Assembly: GCA_934717745.1 (NCBI GenBank)
Contig: CAKUZB010000007.1
Location: 3,299-67,298, forward strand
Reading direction: 5' to 3'
Origin: an uncultured Candidatus Melainabacteria bacterium
Lineage (GTDB): Bacteria > Cyanobacteriota > Vampirovibrionia > Gastranaerophilales > Gastranaerophilaceae
DNA: 64,000 nt
Shown: piece after piece, positions 1 through 13,050 of the stretch
Numbering within the stretch: position 1 is the first letter of the stretch
Layout: the number at the start of each line of letters is the position of its first letter
The notes under the pieces: model-generated
Database searches by the model: none
Told to the model about the DNA's origin: nothing
What the model saw: only the letters and a program-made list of their open reading frames with translations
Translations under genes and position numbers: made by a program

Positions 1-2459
<2,459 letters not shown>

Positions 2460-2493
2460 TACAATTTAAAATAATAAAGTAAAGGAAACTAAC

Positions 2494-3150
2494 ATGAAAA
2501 AAGAACTTATCTTCTTAGGACCACCGGCATGTGGAAAAGGTACTCAAACAAGTAAACTTGCAGAATACTTGAAATTTCCGCACGTTGACACAGGTTCATT
2601 ATTAAGAGCAGCAGTAAAAAATAAAACTCCGGAAGGTATTACAGCAGAAGGTTATATGTCAAAAGGACAATTAGTTCCTGTTGAAGTTGTAGCAGCAATC
2701 ATAAAAAGAAGATTGTCAGAACCTGATTGTGCTAATGGATACGTTTTAGACGGATTTCCAAGAAGTGTTGAACAAGCAGGCATGTTAGAAGAAATTAATA
2801 AAGAAGTTGATACAGGTGATGCTGAATTTAGAGCAGTATATTTTGATATTGACACAGAACTTTTAATTGAAAGAATTGTAAACAGAAAATCTTGTCCAAA
2901 ATGTGGAGAAATTTACAATATGAAATTCAAAGCACCAAAAGACGGTGTACATTGCGACAAATGTGATGAAGAATTAACACAAAGAAAAGACGACACAGAG
3001 GAAATCGCAAGAGCAAGATTTGAAACTTATTACAACGAAACAGCACCATTAACAAAATATTACGAAGAAAAAGGTGTTTTAAGAAAAATCGATGCAAACG
3101 GTTCAATTGAAGAAGTTTGGGAACGTCTTTTAAAGGCAGTAACTGAATAA
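2494..3150 (+). CDS. adk: adenylate kinase
   Basis: P-loop GPPACGKGTQ, Zn-lid CPKCG..CDKCD, 218 aa, SD AAGGAAA upstream. Confidence 0.95.
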   Translation: MKKELIFLGPPACGKGTQTSKLAEYLKFPHVDTGSLLRAAVKNKTPEGITAEGYMSKGQLVPVEVVAAIIKRRLSEPDCANGYVLDGFPRSVEQAGMLEEINKEVDTGDAEFRAVYFDIDTELLIERIVNRKSCPKCGEIYNMKFKAPKDGVHCDKCDEELTQRKDDTEEIARARFETYYNETAPLTKYYEEKGVLRKIDANGSIEEVWERLLKAVTE

Positions 3151-3157
3151 AAAATTA

Positions 3158-3190
3158 AAAAAGAGAGTCAAAACGGCTCTCTTTTAAAAA
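3158..3190 (+). terminator. intrinsic terminator after adk
   Basis: AAAAGAGAG-9nt loop-CTCTCTTTT followed by an A/T-rich tail. Confidence 0.5.
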
Positions 3191-3206
3191 TTAATAAGAA
3201 AGAAGG

Positions 3207-3974
3207 ATGCAAATGATTAAGAGAAAATCTAGAGATGAAATAAAAAAAATGAAACACGCAGGACATATCGTTGCACTTGTACATAAGGCAATGAAAGAAG
3301 CGGTTAGACCCGGAATTAGCACAAAAGAACTTGATGATATTGCAATGGATATTATTAAATCAAATAGAGCAGTTCCTACATTTTTGAATTATCAAGGTTT
3401 TCCGGCAAGCATTTGTACTTCAATTAACGAAAATGTTGTACATGGTATTCCGTCAGAAAAAACAATCTTAAAAGAGGGCGACATTATTAGTATTGATGTT
3501 GGTGCAACATACGGCGGACTTGTTGGTGATAGTGCTTGGACATATCCTGTTGGTGAAGTTTCTGACGAAGTAAAAAGATTATTAAAAGTTACAGAAGAAG
3601 CATTATATGCAGGTATTAAACAAATGCGTGCAGGAAATGTTCTTGATGATATTTCAAGTGCAATTGAAAAAGTTGCAATGGACAATAAATGCGGACTTGT
3701 AAGACAATATGGCGGACATGGTGTTGGACATGTAATGCACGAAGACCCATTTTTGTATAATTACAGTGTTGGGGATAAAACATTAATTAAATCAGGATAT
3801 GTCATTGCAATTGAACCGATGATAAATTTAGGTTGCGATGAAGTTGAAACATTGGCTGATGGTTGGACTGTTCAAACCTTGGATAGAAAGCCTTCTGCAC
3901 ACTTTGAACATACCGTTTTAGCAACTGATGATGAACCGGAATTAATGACAATTATTCGTGAAGAATTCCTATAA
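3207..3974 (+). CDS. map: type I methionine aminopeptidase
   Basis: MetAP-I signature segments VVHGIP, DIISIDVG, GHGVGH, IAIEPM; 255 aa. Confidence 0.93.
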   Translation: MQMIKRKSRDEIKKMKHAGHIVALVHKAMKEAVRPGISTKELDDIAMDIIKSNRAVPTFLNYQGFPASICTSINENVVHGIPSEKTILKEGDIISIDVGATYGGLVGDSAWTYPVGEVSDEVKRLLKVTEEALYAGIKQMRAGNVLDDISSAIEKVAMDNKCGLVRQYGGHGVGHVMHEDPFLYNYSVGDKTLIKSGYVIAIEPMINLGCDEVETLADGWTVQTLDRKPSAHFEHTVLATDDEPELMTIIREEFL

Positions 3975-4057
3975 TAACGAAAAATAAACTATATGCATGA
4001 TTTGAAACTCTTAAAAATATAGTTAAATAGAAGTGCAATAGAATATGGAGTGAAATC

Positions 4058-4828
4058 ATGGATATTTTTGCAGTAGTAGGCTTATTTTTCGGTATAACAT
4101 TCATTCTTGTTGGACAAGCAATGGAAGGTGGTAACATGGGGCAATTGCTTCAAGTTACAGCGGCATTCATTGTATTTGGCGGTACAGGTGGTGCGGTTAT
4201 ATTGAGTTTTCCTCCAGCAGTTCTAAAAAAAGCAATTGTTCTTATCAAAGACGTATTTGTTCCACCGGTTGTAGATATGGATAAAATAATTCAAGAATTA
4301 GTAAAATTTGCACAAAAGGCTCGTCGTGAAGGCTTAATTATCCTTGAAAGAGAAGCAAGAGGTGCATCTGACCCTGTATTAAAAATGGGCTTGGAAGCAG
4401 TAGCCGACGGTGCAGACCCAACTTTGGTACAAAGCATGATGGAAAATCAAATTAGCCAACAAGAACTTGAAGTTCACAATGCGGCAGGGGTTTTTTCATC
4501 AGCAGGTGGTTATTCGCCAACATTAGGTATCATCGGTGCGGTAATGGGGTTAATCCAAGTTATGCAGAATTTATCTGATCCATCAGCATTGGGGGCAGGT
4601 ATTGCAGTTGCATTCGTTGCAACAATTTATGGTTTATTTGCCGCAAACTTATTATTAATTCCTTTATCTACTCGTATTAAATTAAATTATGCGAAAGTCT
4701 TTTTAGCAAAAGAAGTAATGCTAGAAGGTGTTTTAGCAATTCAAGCGGGTGAATCTCCGGCATTAATTGAAAGAAAACTTCGTTCATTTATCATTGAACA
4801 AACAGGCGAAAAAGAAGAAGAAGTATAG
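4058..4828 (+). CDS. motA: flagellar motor stator protein MotA/PomA family
   Basis: Polytopic MotA/TolQ/ExbB-type protein, 256 aa, ending 10 nt upstream of a MotB-like gene. Confidence 0.85.
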   Translation: MDIFAVVGLFFGITFILVGQAMEGGNMGQLLQVTAAFIVFGGTGGAVILSFPPAVLKKAIVLIKDVFVPPVVDMDKIIQELVKFAQKARREGLIILEREARGASDPVLKMGLEAVADGADPTLVQSMMENQISQQELEVHNAAGVFSSAGGYSPTLGIIGAVMGLIQVMQNLSDPSALGAGIAVAFVATIYGLFAANLLLIPLSTRIKLNYAKVFLAKEVMLEGVLAIQAGESPALIERKLRSFIIEQTGEKEEEV

Positions 4829-4838
4829 AAGATAAATT

Positions 4839-5963
4839 ATGGCAAAAAAGAAACTTCCAGAAGAACATGAAAACTTAGAAAGATGGCTTGTTTCATACGG
4901 CGACTTTATTACGTTGCTTTTTGCCACATTTGTTGTGTTGTACGCATTATCTCAAATTGATATTACAGAATTTGGAAAACTGGAAGATAGTATTAAAAAG
5001 GCTTTTAATGCACCGAGTCTTTTAGAAGGTTCAGATTCTATGTTTGACGGTAAAGATAGTATTTTAGATGCAAGTGCTGCGGATTCAGTAATTGCACCAC
5101 TTATGCTTGAATATATAAGTCAAAAATATGAAGATCAATCATTTGAAGATATAAAAGACTCTATTGATGCAATGAAAAAAAATGGTGATTTAGACGGAGT
5201 TGATGCTCAAATTACAGACAAAGGTTTGTTAATTTCGTTTAAAGATGACTTTTTATTCTATTCTGCATCTGCACAATTGACAGATAAAGCAATGAAAACT
5301 TTGGATAACATTGGTGTTTTAATTGGTGAAAAGTTTGCATTGCACTATATTAGAGTTGAGGGACATACAGACAGTCAGCCTATTAATAGTTTTCTTTATC
5401 CGTCAAACTGGGAACTTTCAAGTGCCAGAGCAAGTTCAATTGTTCGTTACTTAATTCAAAGATTTAAGTTTATGCCAAATATCTTTACCGCAGTTGGTTA
5501 CAGTGATACAAGACCAATTGCCGACAATAAAACTCCTGAAAACAGAGCAAAAAACAGACGTGTAGAAATTTTGGTTCTTAAAAATAAATTCAAAGGCTTA
5601 GAACACCCATCTGCAAGTATTTTAACTCAATCAAAGAAAGTTCAAACAAGATTTCAAGATGAAAGAATTAGTACACTTCAAGATGTAACTGCAAATTCTG
5701 ATGCTTTACAACGACTTAAATCATCGCAAAAGAAAGCAGTTGAAATTTCTGGAACAACTTCAGCAACGGATTTCTATGCTGAGCCGGAAACAGATAAACC
5801 AAAAACATTGTCAATTAAGAATAAAACTCTTTACGAACAAACTCAAAAACCGGAATTGTCAGTTAAAAATCAAAACTTAGACGATACTTGGTTAAATCCG
5901 GTAAAAAATAATAAAATTTTACAAAAAGATATCAATAAACAATTTGATATGGTTGGACAATAA
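4839..5963 (+). CDS. motB: flagellar motor stator protein MotB with OmpA-like domain and long C-terminal extension
   Basis: N-terminal TM WLVSYGDFITLLFATFVVLYA. OmpA-like EGHTDSQPI..NWELSSARA..NRRVEI. About 120 extra C-terminal residues. Confidence 0.85.
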   Translation: MAKKKLPEEHENLERWLVSYGDFITLLFATFVVLYALSQIDITEFGKLEDSIKKAFNAPSLLEGSDSMFDGKDSILDASAADSVIAPLMLEYISQKYEDQSFEDIKDSIDAMKKNGDLDGVDAQITDKGLLISFKDDFLFYSASAQLTDKAMKTLDNIGVLIGEKFALHYIRVEGHTDSQPINSFLYPSNWELSSARASSIVRYLIQRFKFMPNIFTAVGYSDTRPIADNKTPENRAKNRRVEILVLKNKFKGLEHPSASILTQSKKVQTRFQDERISTLQDVTANSDALQRLKSSQKKAVEISGTTSATDFYAEPETDKPKTLSIKNKTLYEQTQKPELSVKNQNLDDTWLNPVKNNKILQKDINKQFDMVGQ

Positions 5964-5965
5964 TT

Positions 5966-6589
5966 ATGGAATATTACGTAGGAATATCAATGGCTATGGC
6001 ATCAACGACCGAAACCGGAGTTGCTGTGCTTGATAGTTTTGGTAAAATTATTCTTGTTGATAAATTATATACAATGAAAGATGTTCAATTCTTTTTAGAT
6101 AATTTTTCTTCACTAAAACAATCTCACATTGCCGTTTCTCTACCTTGGGATAACGCAATGCTAGAGGGCAAATGGAGAATTTTATCTAAACCATATCAAA
6201 TGGTAAGAACAAATGAAAATTTACTAAATAGAGATAACTGGACTCAAAGATATTCAACACGTGGTTGTGATTATTTCAGAACACTTTTCTCTCAAGGCAT
6301 TGATATTTGCAGGTTTGAGTTATATTTAACACGACAAAAACTAAGTTTAAGTTCATATTTTAAAGAACGTACACCGGCAGATTGTAAATTTTTACAAAAT
6401 GCTCTAAAAACTGAATATCAATTTGAAGATATTCCTCAAAATATGATGCCTATGGCTCAATTAGAAGCGATTGTTGGGGCATTAATTATGCGTGAAAGAG
6501 CAAATAATCCTGAAAATATTAAAAAGATTTTTGAATTTAACGGATTAGATGTAATTAATATTGAAAATAAAATTGTAACAACTTTGTAA
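5966..6589 (+). CDS. hypothetical protein (possible RNase H-like fold, unassigned)
   Basis: 207-aa ORF tightly packed after motB. The N-terminal pattern VGISMA..TGVAVLD weakly resembles RNase H-like/DUF429 starts. No firm motif. Confidence 0.5.
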   Translation: MEYYVGISMAMASTTETGVAVLDSFGKIILVDKLYTMKDVQFFLDNFSSLKQSHIAVSLPWDNAMLEGKWRILSKPYQMVRTNENLLNRDNWTQRYSTRGCDYFRTLFSQGIDICRFELYLTRQKLSLSSYFKERTPADCKFLQNALKTEYQFEDIPQNMMPMAQLEAIVGALIMRERANNPENIKKIFEFNGLDVINIENKIVTTL

Positions 6590-6667
6590 AGAGCATGCAA
6601 AATTCTAGCAATTTTTTATTATTAGGGGATTTTACATGATTGTAGTGTAAAAGTAGGAAAGGTAAAA

Positions 6668-7648
6668 ATGTCTCCTAATAACATGATTAATCCTATTGGG
6701 ATTGGTTATCCAAACATGCCAATGCCAATGATGATGCCGGTTCAACCTGTTACAATCAAGATTGAAATAAATCCTCAACCAACGGCAAATCAGGATACCC
6801 CTGCGAATAACTCAGTCATTTATGATGTTCCCAAAACATCTATTTTTGCTAATGCAAAAACTGACGAAAAAACAGAAACAAATAAATCAACAGAAAAACA
6901 AATCGAAAATAACAAAGCCGAAGCAAAAGCGGTAGAAGCAAAGAATGAAGATAAGAAGGTTGAAAATACCATGGCTCAAATTCTTGCTGCTCAAGCCGGA
7001 GTTCAAATGCCAAACACTACAACTCAAGCAAAAGTAGCAGAAGTTGCACCAAAAGAAGATAAAGCAGAGGCTAAAAAAGAAGTAAAACGTAATAGACCTG
7101 AAATTGTGCCACCTGAAAAAATGAAAGCGGGCATTGATTTGAACGGTTTAATTTCAATTTTAACAAGCCCTGATTATGAAGAACAAGCCGACGCAATGGA
7201 AGCGATTTCAGAAGTTACAATGTACGCACCTGAAAGAGCCGGCGAATTACTTGATACAAAAGTTGTTGATAATTTATTAGACATCATGTCAAAAGATACA
7301 TCTAAACTTCAAGGTAAAGATAAAGAATTAGCAGAACGAAACAAAGAATACGCTATGTTTACAACTGCAACTTTACAAAAATTACACGCAAATGAAGTTA
7401 AAAAAGTTGGTAATGTAACTGTTCCAACAGCAGATTTAATTGGTATGGCAGGTATTGTTAATAACTTAAAAACAAATCCAAATGCCAGTGTTAGAGAGGC
7501 TGCCGTTGCATCTTTAGGTTATGTAAATAATCAAAATTACAAAAAAGATATTGGTAAATTGATGCAAGAAGCCGCACATGACCAAAATGCAGGCGTTAGG
7601 GCTCAAGCAAATAAGCAATTAGGTAAGGTAATGAGTTTTAATGCTTAG
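6668..7648 (+). CDS. HEAT-repeat protein with Met/Pro-rich N-terminus and K/E/A-rich linker
   Basis: C-terminal HEAT-like repeats (VREAAVASLGYV, NAGVRAQANKQLGKV). Low-complexity N-terminus MPMPMMMP. SD GGAAAGG upstream. Confidence 0.6.
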   Translation: MSPNNMINPIGIGYPNMPMPMMMPVQPVTIKIEINPQPTANQDTPANNSVIYDVPKTSIFANAKTDEKTETNKSTEKQIENNKAEAKAVEAKNEDKKVENTMAQILAAQAGVQMPNTTTQAKVAEVAPKEDKAEAKKEVKRNRPEIVPPEKMKAGIDLNGLISILTSPDYEEQADAMEAISEVTMYAPERAGELLDTKVVDNLLDIMSKDTSKLQGKDKELAERNKEYAMFTTATLQKLHANEVKKVGNVTVPTADLIGMAGIVNNLKTNPNASVREAAVASLGYVNNQNYKKDIGKLMQEAAHDQNAGVRAQANKQLGKVMSFNA

Positions 7649-7665
7649 TCAAATTAAGATAGAGA

Positions 7666-7699
7666 AAAAGAGATAAGATTTACTTCTTATCTCTTTTTG
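7666..7699. terminator. bidirectional terminator between convergent genes
   Basis: AAAGAGATAAGA-tttact-TCTTATCTCTTT flanked by A- and T-runs. Confidence 0.6.
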
Positions 7700-7913
7700 T
7701 TTGGAAATTTTTACCGCCTTCTTGTTTTTGAGAGTCAGAATTTTGTTTAATTTTAGTTTTTTCAACTATTTTTTTGTTTAAATTCTTTTCTTTTTTAGGT
7801 GTTTCAATTAAATCTTCAATTTGACACGCACCACCGGTTAAAGAGCAAGTTGCAAACGCAATATTAAACGAAAAGCACCAAATAAAAATCAAAAATAAAG
7901 AAATCTTTTTCAT
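7680..7913 (-). CDS. small secreted or lipoprotein-like basic protein (hypothetical)
   Basis: 77 aa, signal-peptide-like N-terminus MKKISLFLIFIWCFSFNIAFATC, K-rich tail. The 3' end overlaps a bidirectional terminator. Confidence 0.4.
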   Translation of the reverse strand: MKKISLFLIFIWCFSFNIAFATCSLTGGACQIEDLIETPKKEKNLNKKIVEKTKIKQNSDSQKQEGGKNFQTKRDKK

Positions 7914-7988
7914 ACTACCTACTTAAATTAGACTATATAAGCAGTATAATTTATTTTTGAGAACAAAACATTAGAAAAAAGTAGTAAA

Positions 7989-9641
7989 TTACTTAGACAA
8001 AAGAAGTGATTTTGCAAACTCTATAGCAGACTCGGAAGTTTCACCAGAGGCAAGACTTGCAATGGCATAGATTTTTTCATCGTCATTTAAAGTTTTAATG
8101 TTTACAGAAGTAACATCGCCTTGTTCTTTTTCAACTAAGAAGTGTCTATCTGCTTTTGAAGCGATAATTGCTTGATGTGTGATAAGCAAAATTTGTCTAA
8201 ACTTTGCAAGTTCAAAAATCTCATCTGCAACACTTTGTGCGGCTTTTCCTGAAATTCCTGTATCTATTTCATCAAAAATTACAGTATCAATATCATCAGA
8301 TTTTGCAAAAATAGTTTTGATTGCAAGCATAACTCTTGAAATTTCACCGCCAGAGGCTGTTTTTGCTAATGGAGATAAATCTTGAGATACGTTTGTTGAA
8401 ATATAAAATTCAACTTCGTCGCAACCGTTTTGAGATAATTCACAAGGCAGAATTTTAATTTCAAAACGAGATTTGGCAAGTTCAAGTTTTTGCAATTCAT
8501 CTTCTATTAAACTTGAAAGAACTAACGCATAATTTTTTCTATTTTCAGAAATTTCATTTGCTAAAATTGTCAATTTTTCGTGAGATTTTTTAATTTTTTC
8601 TTCTAATTCTTCTACTGAAGATGTAGAAAGTTCGATATTTTTAAGTTCTTCAGATAATTTATCGTAAGTGTTCAAAACTTCTTCCAAACTTGAACCATAT
8701 TTGCGTTTTAATTTATCAAACAAATACAAACGTTCTTGAATAAAATTCAATCTTTCAGGGTCATCAGAAATTGATTGGGAATAATCTCTTAAACTTGACG
8801 ACAAATCTCTTGCAAGTTCAGTAAGTTCTATTGCAGAAGATTCAAAGTTTTCCAAAGTATTATCCATATTTACTGCCTTTGAAATTTCTGATTTTATTTG
8901 CAATAGTGCATCTAAAATAGAATTGTCATCGCCATTTAACGACCAATACGCACTTTGAGTTAATTCTTTTAAATTTTCTGCATTTTCAAGCACTTTTAAC
9001 TCGTTCTGCAAAGTTTCTTCTTCATTAACATCTTCAATTTGTGCTTCTTCTATTTCATTAATTTGAAATTTCAAAAAATCAATTTGAGATTCTGTTGCAT
9101 TGACAGAATTTTTTGCATTTTCCAATGCTTTTTGAAATGTCTGATATTCGGAAAATAATTTTCTATATTGTTCTAATTTATCACCGTAAACGTCTTTTGC
9201 ATAATTATCCAAAAGAAAAATATGAGATTTTGGTTGTAAAAAGGCGTAAGTTTGATGTTGAGAATGAATATCTAAAAATATTTCTTTTAAATCCTTAACA
9301 AAATTTTGGTTAACTAAAGTTCCGTTTACACGAGTTCTTGAAGAATTTGGAGTAATTTCCCGAACAAGAACAATTTCATCGTCATAATCAATTCCATTTT
9401 CTTCAAAAATATTTTTCAAATCAGGTTTTTTTGATGAAATAAACAACTCAATTATTGTCTTATCTGCACCATTTTTAATAACCTCACCGGAAGCCTTTGC
9501 CCCAAAAGCAATATCTATTGCGTTAATCAAAATACTTTTGCCGGCACCGGTTTCACCTGTAATAACATTTAATCCCTCGTCGAAATCAACAGTTAATTCG
9601 TCAATTAATATATAATTTTTTACGTGAATTGATTTAATCAT
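7989..9641 (-). CDS. recN: DNA repair protein RecN
   Basis: 550 aa SMC-like. Walker A GETGAGKS, long coiled coil, C-terminal SGGE signature and FDEIDTGISG. Confidence 0.95.
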   Translation of the reverse strand: MIKSIHVKNYILIDELTVDFDEGLNVITGETGAGKSILINAIDIAFGAKASGEVIKNGADKTIIELFISSKKPDLKNIFEENGIDYDDEIVLVREITPNSSRTRVNGTLVNQNFVKDLKEIFLDIHSQHQTYAFLQPKSHIFLLDNYAKDVYGDKLEQYRKLFSEYQTFQKALENAKNSVNATESQIDFLKFQINEIEEAQIEDVNEEETLQNELKVLENAENLKELTQSAYWSLNGDDNSILDALLQIKSEISKAVNMDNTLENFESSAIELTELARDLSSSLRDYSQSISDDPERLNFIQERLYLFDKLKRKYGSSLEEVLNTYDKLSEELKNIELSTSSVEELEEKIKKSHEKLTILANEISENRKNYALVLSSLIEDELQKLELAKSRFEIKILPCELSQNGCDEVEFYISTNVSQDLSPLAKTASGGEISRVMLAIKTIFAKSDDIDTVIFDEIDTGISGKAAQSVADEIFELAKFRQILLITHQAIIASKADRHFLVEKEQGDVTSVNIKTLNDDEKIYAIASLASGETSESAIEFAKSLLLSK

Positions 9642-10456
9642 AGGCTTTTTGGAGAAACCCCCCAGTTCAATTTATCACGCAAAACTGAATAAAACCCCTC
9701 ATCTTGTAATAATACTAAATGAGCAGTATCTTTAGATTTTTGAATAACAATATTTTTATCAATTTCAACTGACTCTGCCCCATCGATAACTAAATTAAAG
9801 CCTTTTACATCATCTTCTGCTGATGTAACCGTAATTTTTTCGCCAGACGGTACAACAATAGGTCTTGCTGTAAGGGTATGAGGACAAATAGGAACAATGA
9901 CAAAAGCCTCTAAGTTAGGATATAATACAGGCCCGCCGGCAGAAAGTCCGTAAGCAGTTGACCCTGTTGGAGTTGAAACAATCAAACCGTCTGCAATATA
10001 ATCACAAACAAACTTGTCATTAATTTTTAACATAAATTTTGCAGAGCGAGTATTTGAAAGTCCTTTTATGACAAAATCATTCAATGCAGTGTGTTCAGAA
10101 CATTCTAACATTATTCGTTTTTCAATAAAATAGTTTTTGTTATAAATTTTATCAATGGCAGGAATTACATTGTTTGAATTTACCTGAGATAAAAAGCCTA
10201 AACGACCTAAATTAATGCCAAAAACCGGTGTTTGCGACATTCCATAAAATTTTGCAACGTGAAGTATAGTCCCATCACCGCCAACTGCAAAAACAAAATC
10301 AAATCCATATCGCATTTCATTGATTTCCATAACTTCAGGATTTGCCCCCTTATCAATCAAGGCTTGTTCCAAGGTTTGCAAAACAGGATAAGGGTTTTTT
10401 ACTCCCTCATTAAAAACTACTGCTATTTTTTTTGTATTAAAATCAATACCCGCCAT
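9638..10456 (-). CDS. nadK: NAD kinase
   Basis: GGDGT motif. Conserved nadK-recN synteny with a 4-nt overlap. Start chosen at the ATG (MAGIDFNTKKIAV) just downstream of the tsaB stop rather than the track start 10525. Confidence 0.9.
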   Translation of the reverse strand: MAGIDFNTKKIAVVFNEGVKNPYPVLQTLEQALIDKGANPEVMEINEMRYGFDFVFAVGGDGTILHVAKFYGMSQTPVFGINLGRLGFLSQVNSNNVIPAIDKIYNKNYFIEKRIMLECSEHTALNDFVIKGLSNTRSAKFMLKINDKFVCDYIADGLIVSTPTGSTAYGLSAGGPVLYPNLEAFVIVPICPHTLTARPIVVPSGEKITVTSAEDDVKGFNLVIDGAESVEIDKNIVIQKSKDTAHLVLLQDEGFYSVLRDKLNWGVSPKSL

Positions 10457-10470
10457 AAAGAGAATCCTTA

Positions 10471-11103
10471 TTATTTGCCAAACACTGGTGGCGGTTGAAT
10501 ATACAATGGAGTTAATTTTCTCCAATCGCCGGCATCTTCTTCAAATTTTTCTGTCGCAATTTTTATCAAAATTTCTGCCAAATTATGTTCAATTTGTGTA
10601 TACGAGGTAATTTCGTCAGTTATTTCCGAGAAAATTTTATACATACTATCATCACAAATTACGTAATAATCATCATTTTTAACAATTTCTTTGACATCAT
10701 CTATCGCAATTGCACCTAAAATTTCTTCGTCCCAAACATAAGCCATATTTTTTCTGGCATCTAGTAAAACTAAAGTTTTTTTGCCGGTTTTTTTGACTTC
10801 GGAAAGTATTTCTAATGAAGAAACTCCTATTGTTTTTAGATTTAATTGCTGAGCCATAACCCTTGCGACAGTTGTACATGCTCTAATACCTGTAAAACTT
10901 CCAGGTCCTAAATCTGTTGCAATCGCTGTCAAATCTTGTGGTGTTAAATTGTTTTCTTTTAAAATTTTTGCAATTGTTGAAATTAAATATGCTGAATGAT
11001 AAGTTTTATCCTTATTTTCGATAATTCTAGTATCTATAACTCTTCCATTATCAGCCAAACCAACATAAGTCTTATCAAGACAAGTGTCAAAAGTTAGTAA
11101 CAT
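10471..11103 (-). CDS. tsaB: tRNA t6A37 threonylcarbamoyltransferase complex subunit TsaB
   Basis: GPGSFTGIR motif, 210 aa, overlaps the tsaE stop. Confidence 0.85.
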   Translation of the reverse strand: MLLTFDTCLDKTYVGLADNGRVIDTRIIENKDKTYHSAYLISTIAKILKENNLTPQDLTAIATDLGPGSFTGIRACTTVARVMAQQLNLKTIGVSSLEILSEVKKTGKKTLVLLDARKNMAYVWDEEILGAIAIDDVKEIVKNDDYYVICDDSMYKIFSEITDEITSYTQIEHNLAEILIKIATEKFEEDAGDWRKLTPLYIQPPPVFGK

Positions 11104-11567
11104 TTTTCCAACTCCTCAAGAATTTTATCCTCTTTTTCACCAAACGATTTAAACGAATATTTTCTAAAATCATCGTCCTCATAAGTTACATTAATCTCAA
11201 TACGATTAAAAGGAATTTCCTCTTGTGAAAATTCTGCCCACTCAACAAAAGTCAGAATTTTTCCCTCAGAATATTCTCTTAATTCGTCGCAAATGGTTTT
11301 GACACCAACGTTTTCAAGACGATATAAATCAAAGTGATAAACAGGAATTTTGCCTGTATGATATTCATTTAAAATAACAAAACTAGGACTTGTTACGTGT
11401 TCTTCAATTCCTAAATTTTCTGCCACAAGTTTTACAAAAGCAGTTTTTCCTGCACCAATCTCTCCAAAAAGACTAATAAAACAGCCGTTTTCTAGTAGTG
11501 GTGTGATTTTTTTCGCCAAAATTGAAGTATCTTCTAAAGATTTACATGTAACTTCAAATGAATACAT
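11094..11567 (-). CDS. tsaE: tRNA t6A37 ATPase TsaE
   Basis: Walker A GEIGAGKT, HFDLYRL motif. Start placed at ATG 11567 (MYSFEV), preceded by SD GAGGAT and the upstream stop codon. The track's N-terminal extension overlaps the upstream gene. Confidence 0.85.
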   Translation of the reverse strand: MYSFEVTCKSLEDTSILAKKITPLLENGCFISLFGEIGAGKTAFVKLVAENLGIEEHVTSPSFVILNEYHTGKIPVYHFDLYRLENVGVKTICDELREYSEGKILTFVEWAEFSQEEIPFNRIEINVTYEDDDFRKYSFKSFGEKEDKILEELEKCY

Positions 11568-11568
11568 T

Positions 11569-13035
11569 TTATCCTCTATTAATAATAACCTTATTTCTAC
11601 CATGTTCTTTTGCAAAGTACAAGGCTTTATCGGCTTTAGTGTACAATTGTTGAGGTTCATCACCATCTTGATATTGATATACACCTACACTGATTGTAAC
11701 TTGAATTTCGCTAATTTTAGCATCTTTAACTCCGGTCAAATCAACATGTCTTGCTTCAACAGCACTTCTTAAACGTTGTGCAACACTTCCTGCTTCTTCC
11801 AGTTTTGTGTAAGGTAATAATATCGCAAATTCTTCACCACCGTATCTTGATGGAATATCAGATTCTCTTAAACTTGATTTAATAATTTCTGCAACATTTT
11901 TCAAAACTTCATCACCAACTGCGTGTCCGTAGTTATCATTAACCTTTTTAAAGAAGTCAATGTCCAGCATTATTGCACATAACGGACGTTGTTGACGTTT
12001 TGCTGCCGCAACTTCTTGTTTCAAACGAACTTCAAATTGACGACGGTTATTTAAACCTGTCAATGCGTCTAAAGTTGCGTGTTGCAATACTTCTGCATAC
12101 ATATTTGCACGTTGAATTGTGATTGATGATTGTTTTGTAAGTTGGTCTATATAGTCAATTTCACGTTGTGAAAGTTTATCAACATGGCTATGTGCAACAA
12201 TACAACCCAAAATTGAAGAATCGGCAGCAACCAATGGGAATAAACCTATTTTATTGTCGTCAGCCAATACATATTGAGTATCTGCGTTTACATCTTTCAC
12301 CATATCTAAAATTTTTGTATCACGACAAGCCATTGGCCATACTAAATTAAATTCACCATTTTGTTTTAAGAAAATATAAATCAAGTGGTCTGAAATAAAC
12401 TTATCAATCATTTCACCAATCAATGGAATGATATAACTCAAGTCGTACTGAGTTTCAATAATTTTTGCAATATTCTTCATTGATTCGTGGAAATCTATGT
12501 TGGCTTGCATCTTATCTGCTAAAACTTTGTTTTGAATTTTTAACGAAATTTGATATGCTGCAATAATCAATGCTTTAAAGAAGTCGATTGTCAAAATATC
12601 TGACATTGTTAAGTTGATAATAAGTTCAATCAAACCATAAGGTGTATCACCACGCATCAATGGGAATAAAATTGTATTCTTACGAGTGCTAATGTATTTG
12701 TTTATATCCCAGAAATCCTTGATATTAATACTATTATTGTTAATCAAAAAGTCATCGTATTTTGAATTTTTAACAACTCTATAAAGTTTTTCTACGTAAT
12801 CTTTATCGTGAATTTCGTCAATTACAATCCAACTTTTTGTGTAATCTCTAAGGGTTTGAGTATTTTCGTCAAAAATATAAATGTTTAAATTTTCAAGTTT
12901 AATAATGCTTCTAAAAGATTCTGAAAGAGCCTCAATAATATCTGCCGGATCTGAATTTTGTGTTAAACTGATAGAAACTTGAGATAAAAAATTTAATTCT
13001 TTCGAGTTTACATTATCCTCAAATGCTTCACTCAT
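11569..13035 (-). CDS. GAF-like sensor diguanylate cyclase (GGDEF)
   Basis: C-terminal GGDEF domain with active site GGEEF and an RESD I-site 5 residues upstream. About 300-aa N-terminal sensor region. Confidence 0.85.
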   Translation of the reverse strand: MSEAFEDNVNSKELNFLSQVSISLTQNSDPADIIEALSESFRSIIKLENLNIYIFDENTQTLRDYTKSWIVIDEIHDKDYVEKLYRVVKNSKYDDFLINNNSINIKDFWDINKYISTRKNTILFPLMRGDTPYGLIELIINLTMSDILTIDFFKALIIAAYQISLKIQNKVLADKMQANIDFHESMKNIAKIIETQYDLSYIIPLIGEMIDKFISDHLIYIFLKQNGEFNLVWPMACRDTKILDMVKDVNADTQYVLADDNKIGLFPLVAADSSILGCIVAHSHVDKLSQREIDYIDQLTKQSSITIQRANMYAEVLQHATLDALTGLNNRRQFEVRLKQEVAAAKRQQRPLCAIMLDIDFFKKVNDNYGHAVGDEVLKNVAEIIKSSLRESDIPSRYGGEEFAILLPYTKLEEAGSVAQRLRSAVEARHVDLTGVKDAKISEIQVTISVGVYQYQDGDEPQQLYTKADKALYFAKEHGRNKVIINRG

Positions 13036-13050
13036 AACTGCCCTTTCCGT

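Noticed and set aside
5966-7648. Treating the two genes after motAB as additional flagellar components.
   Set aside because: There are no recognisable flagellar family motifs. Only proximity supports the idea, so they are left as hypothetical and HEAT-repeat proteins.
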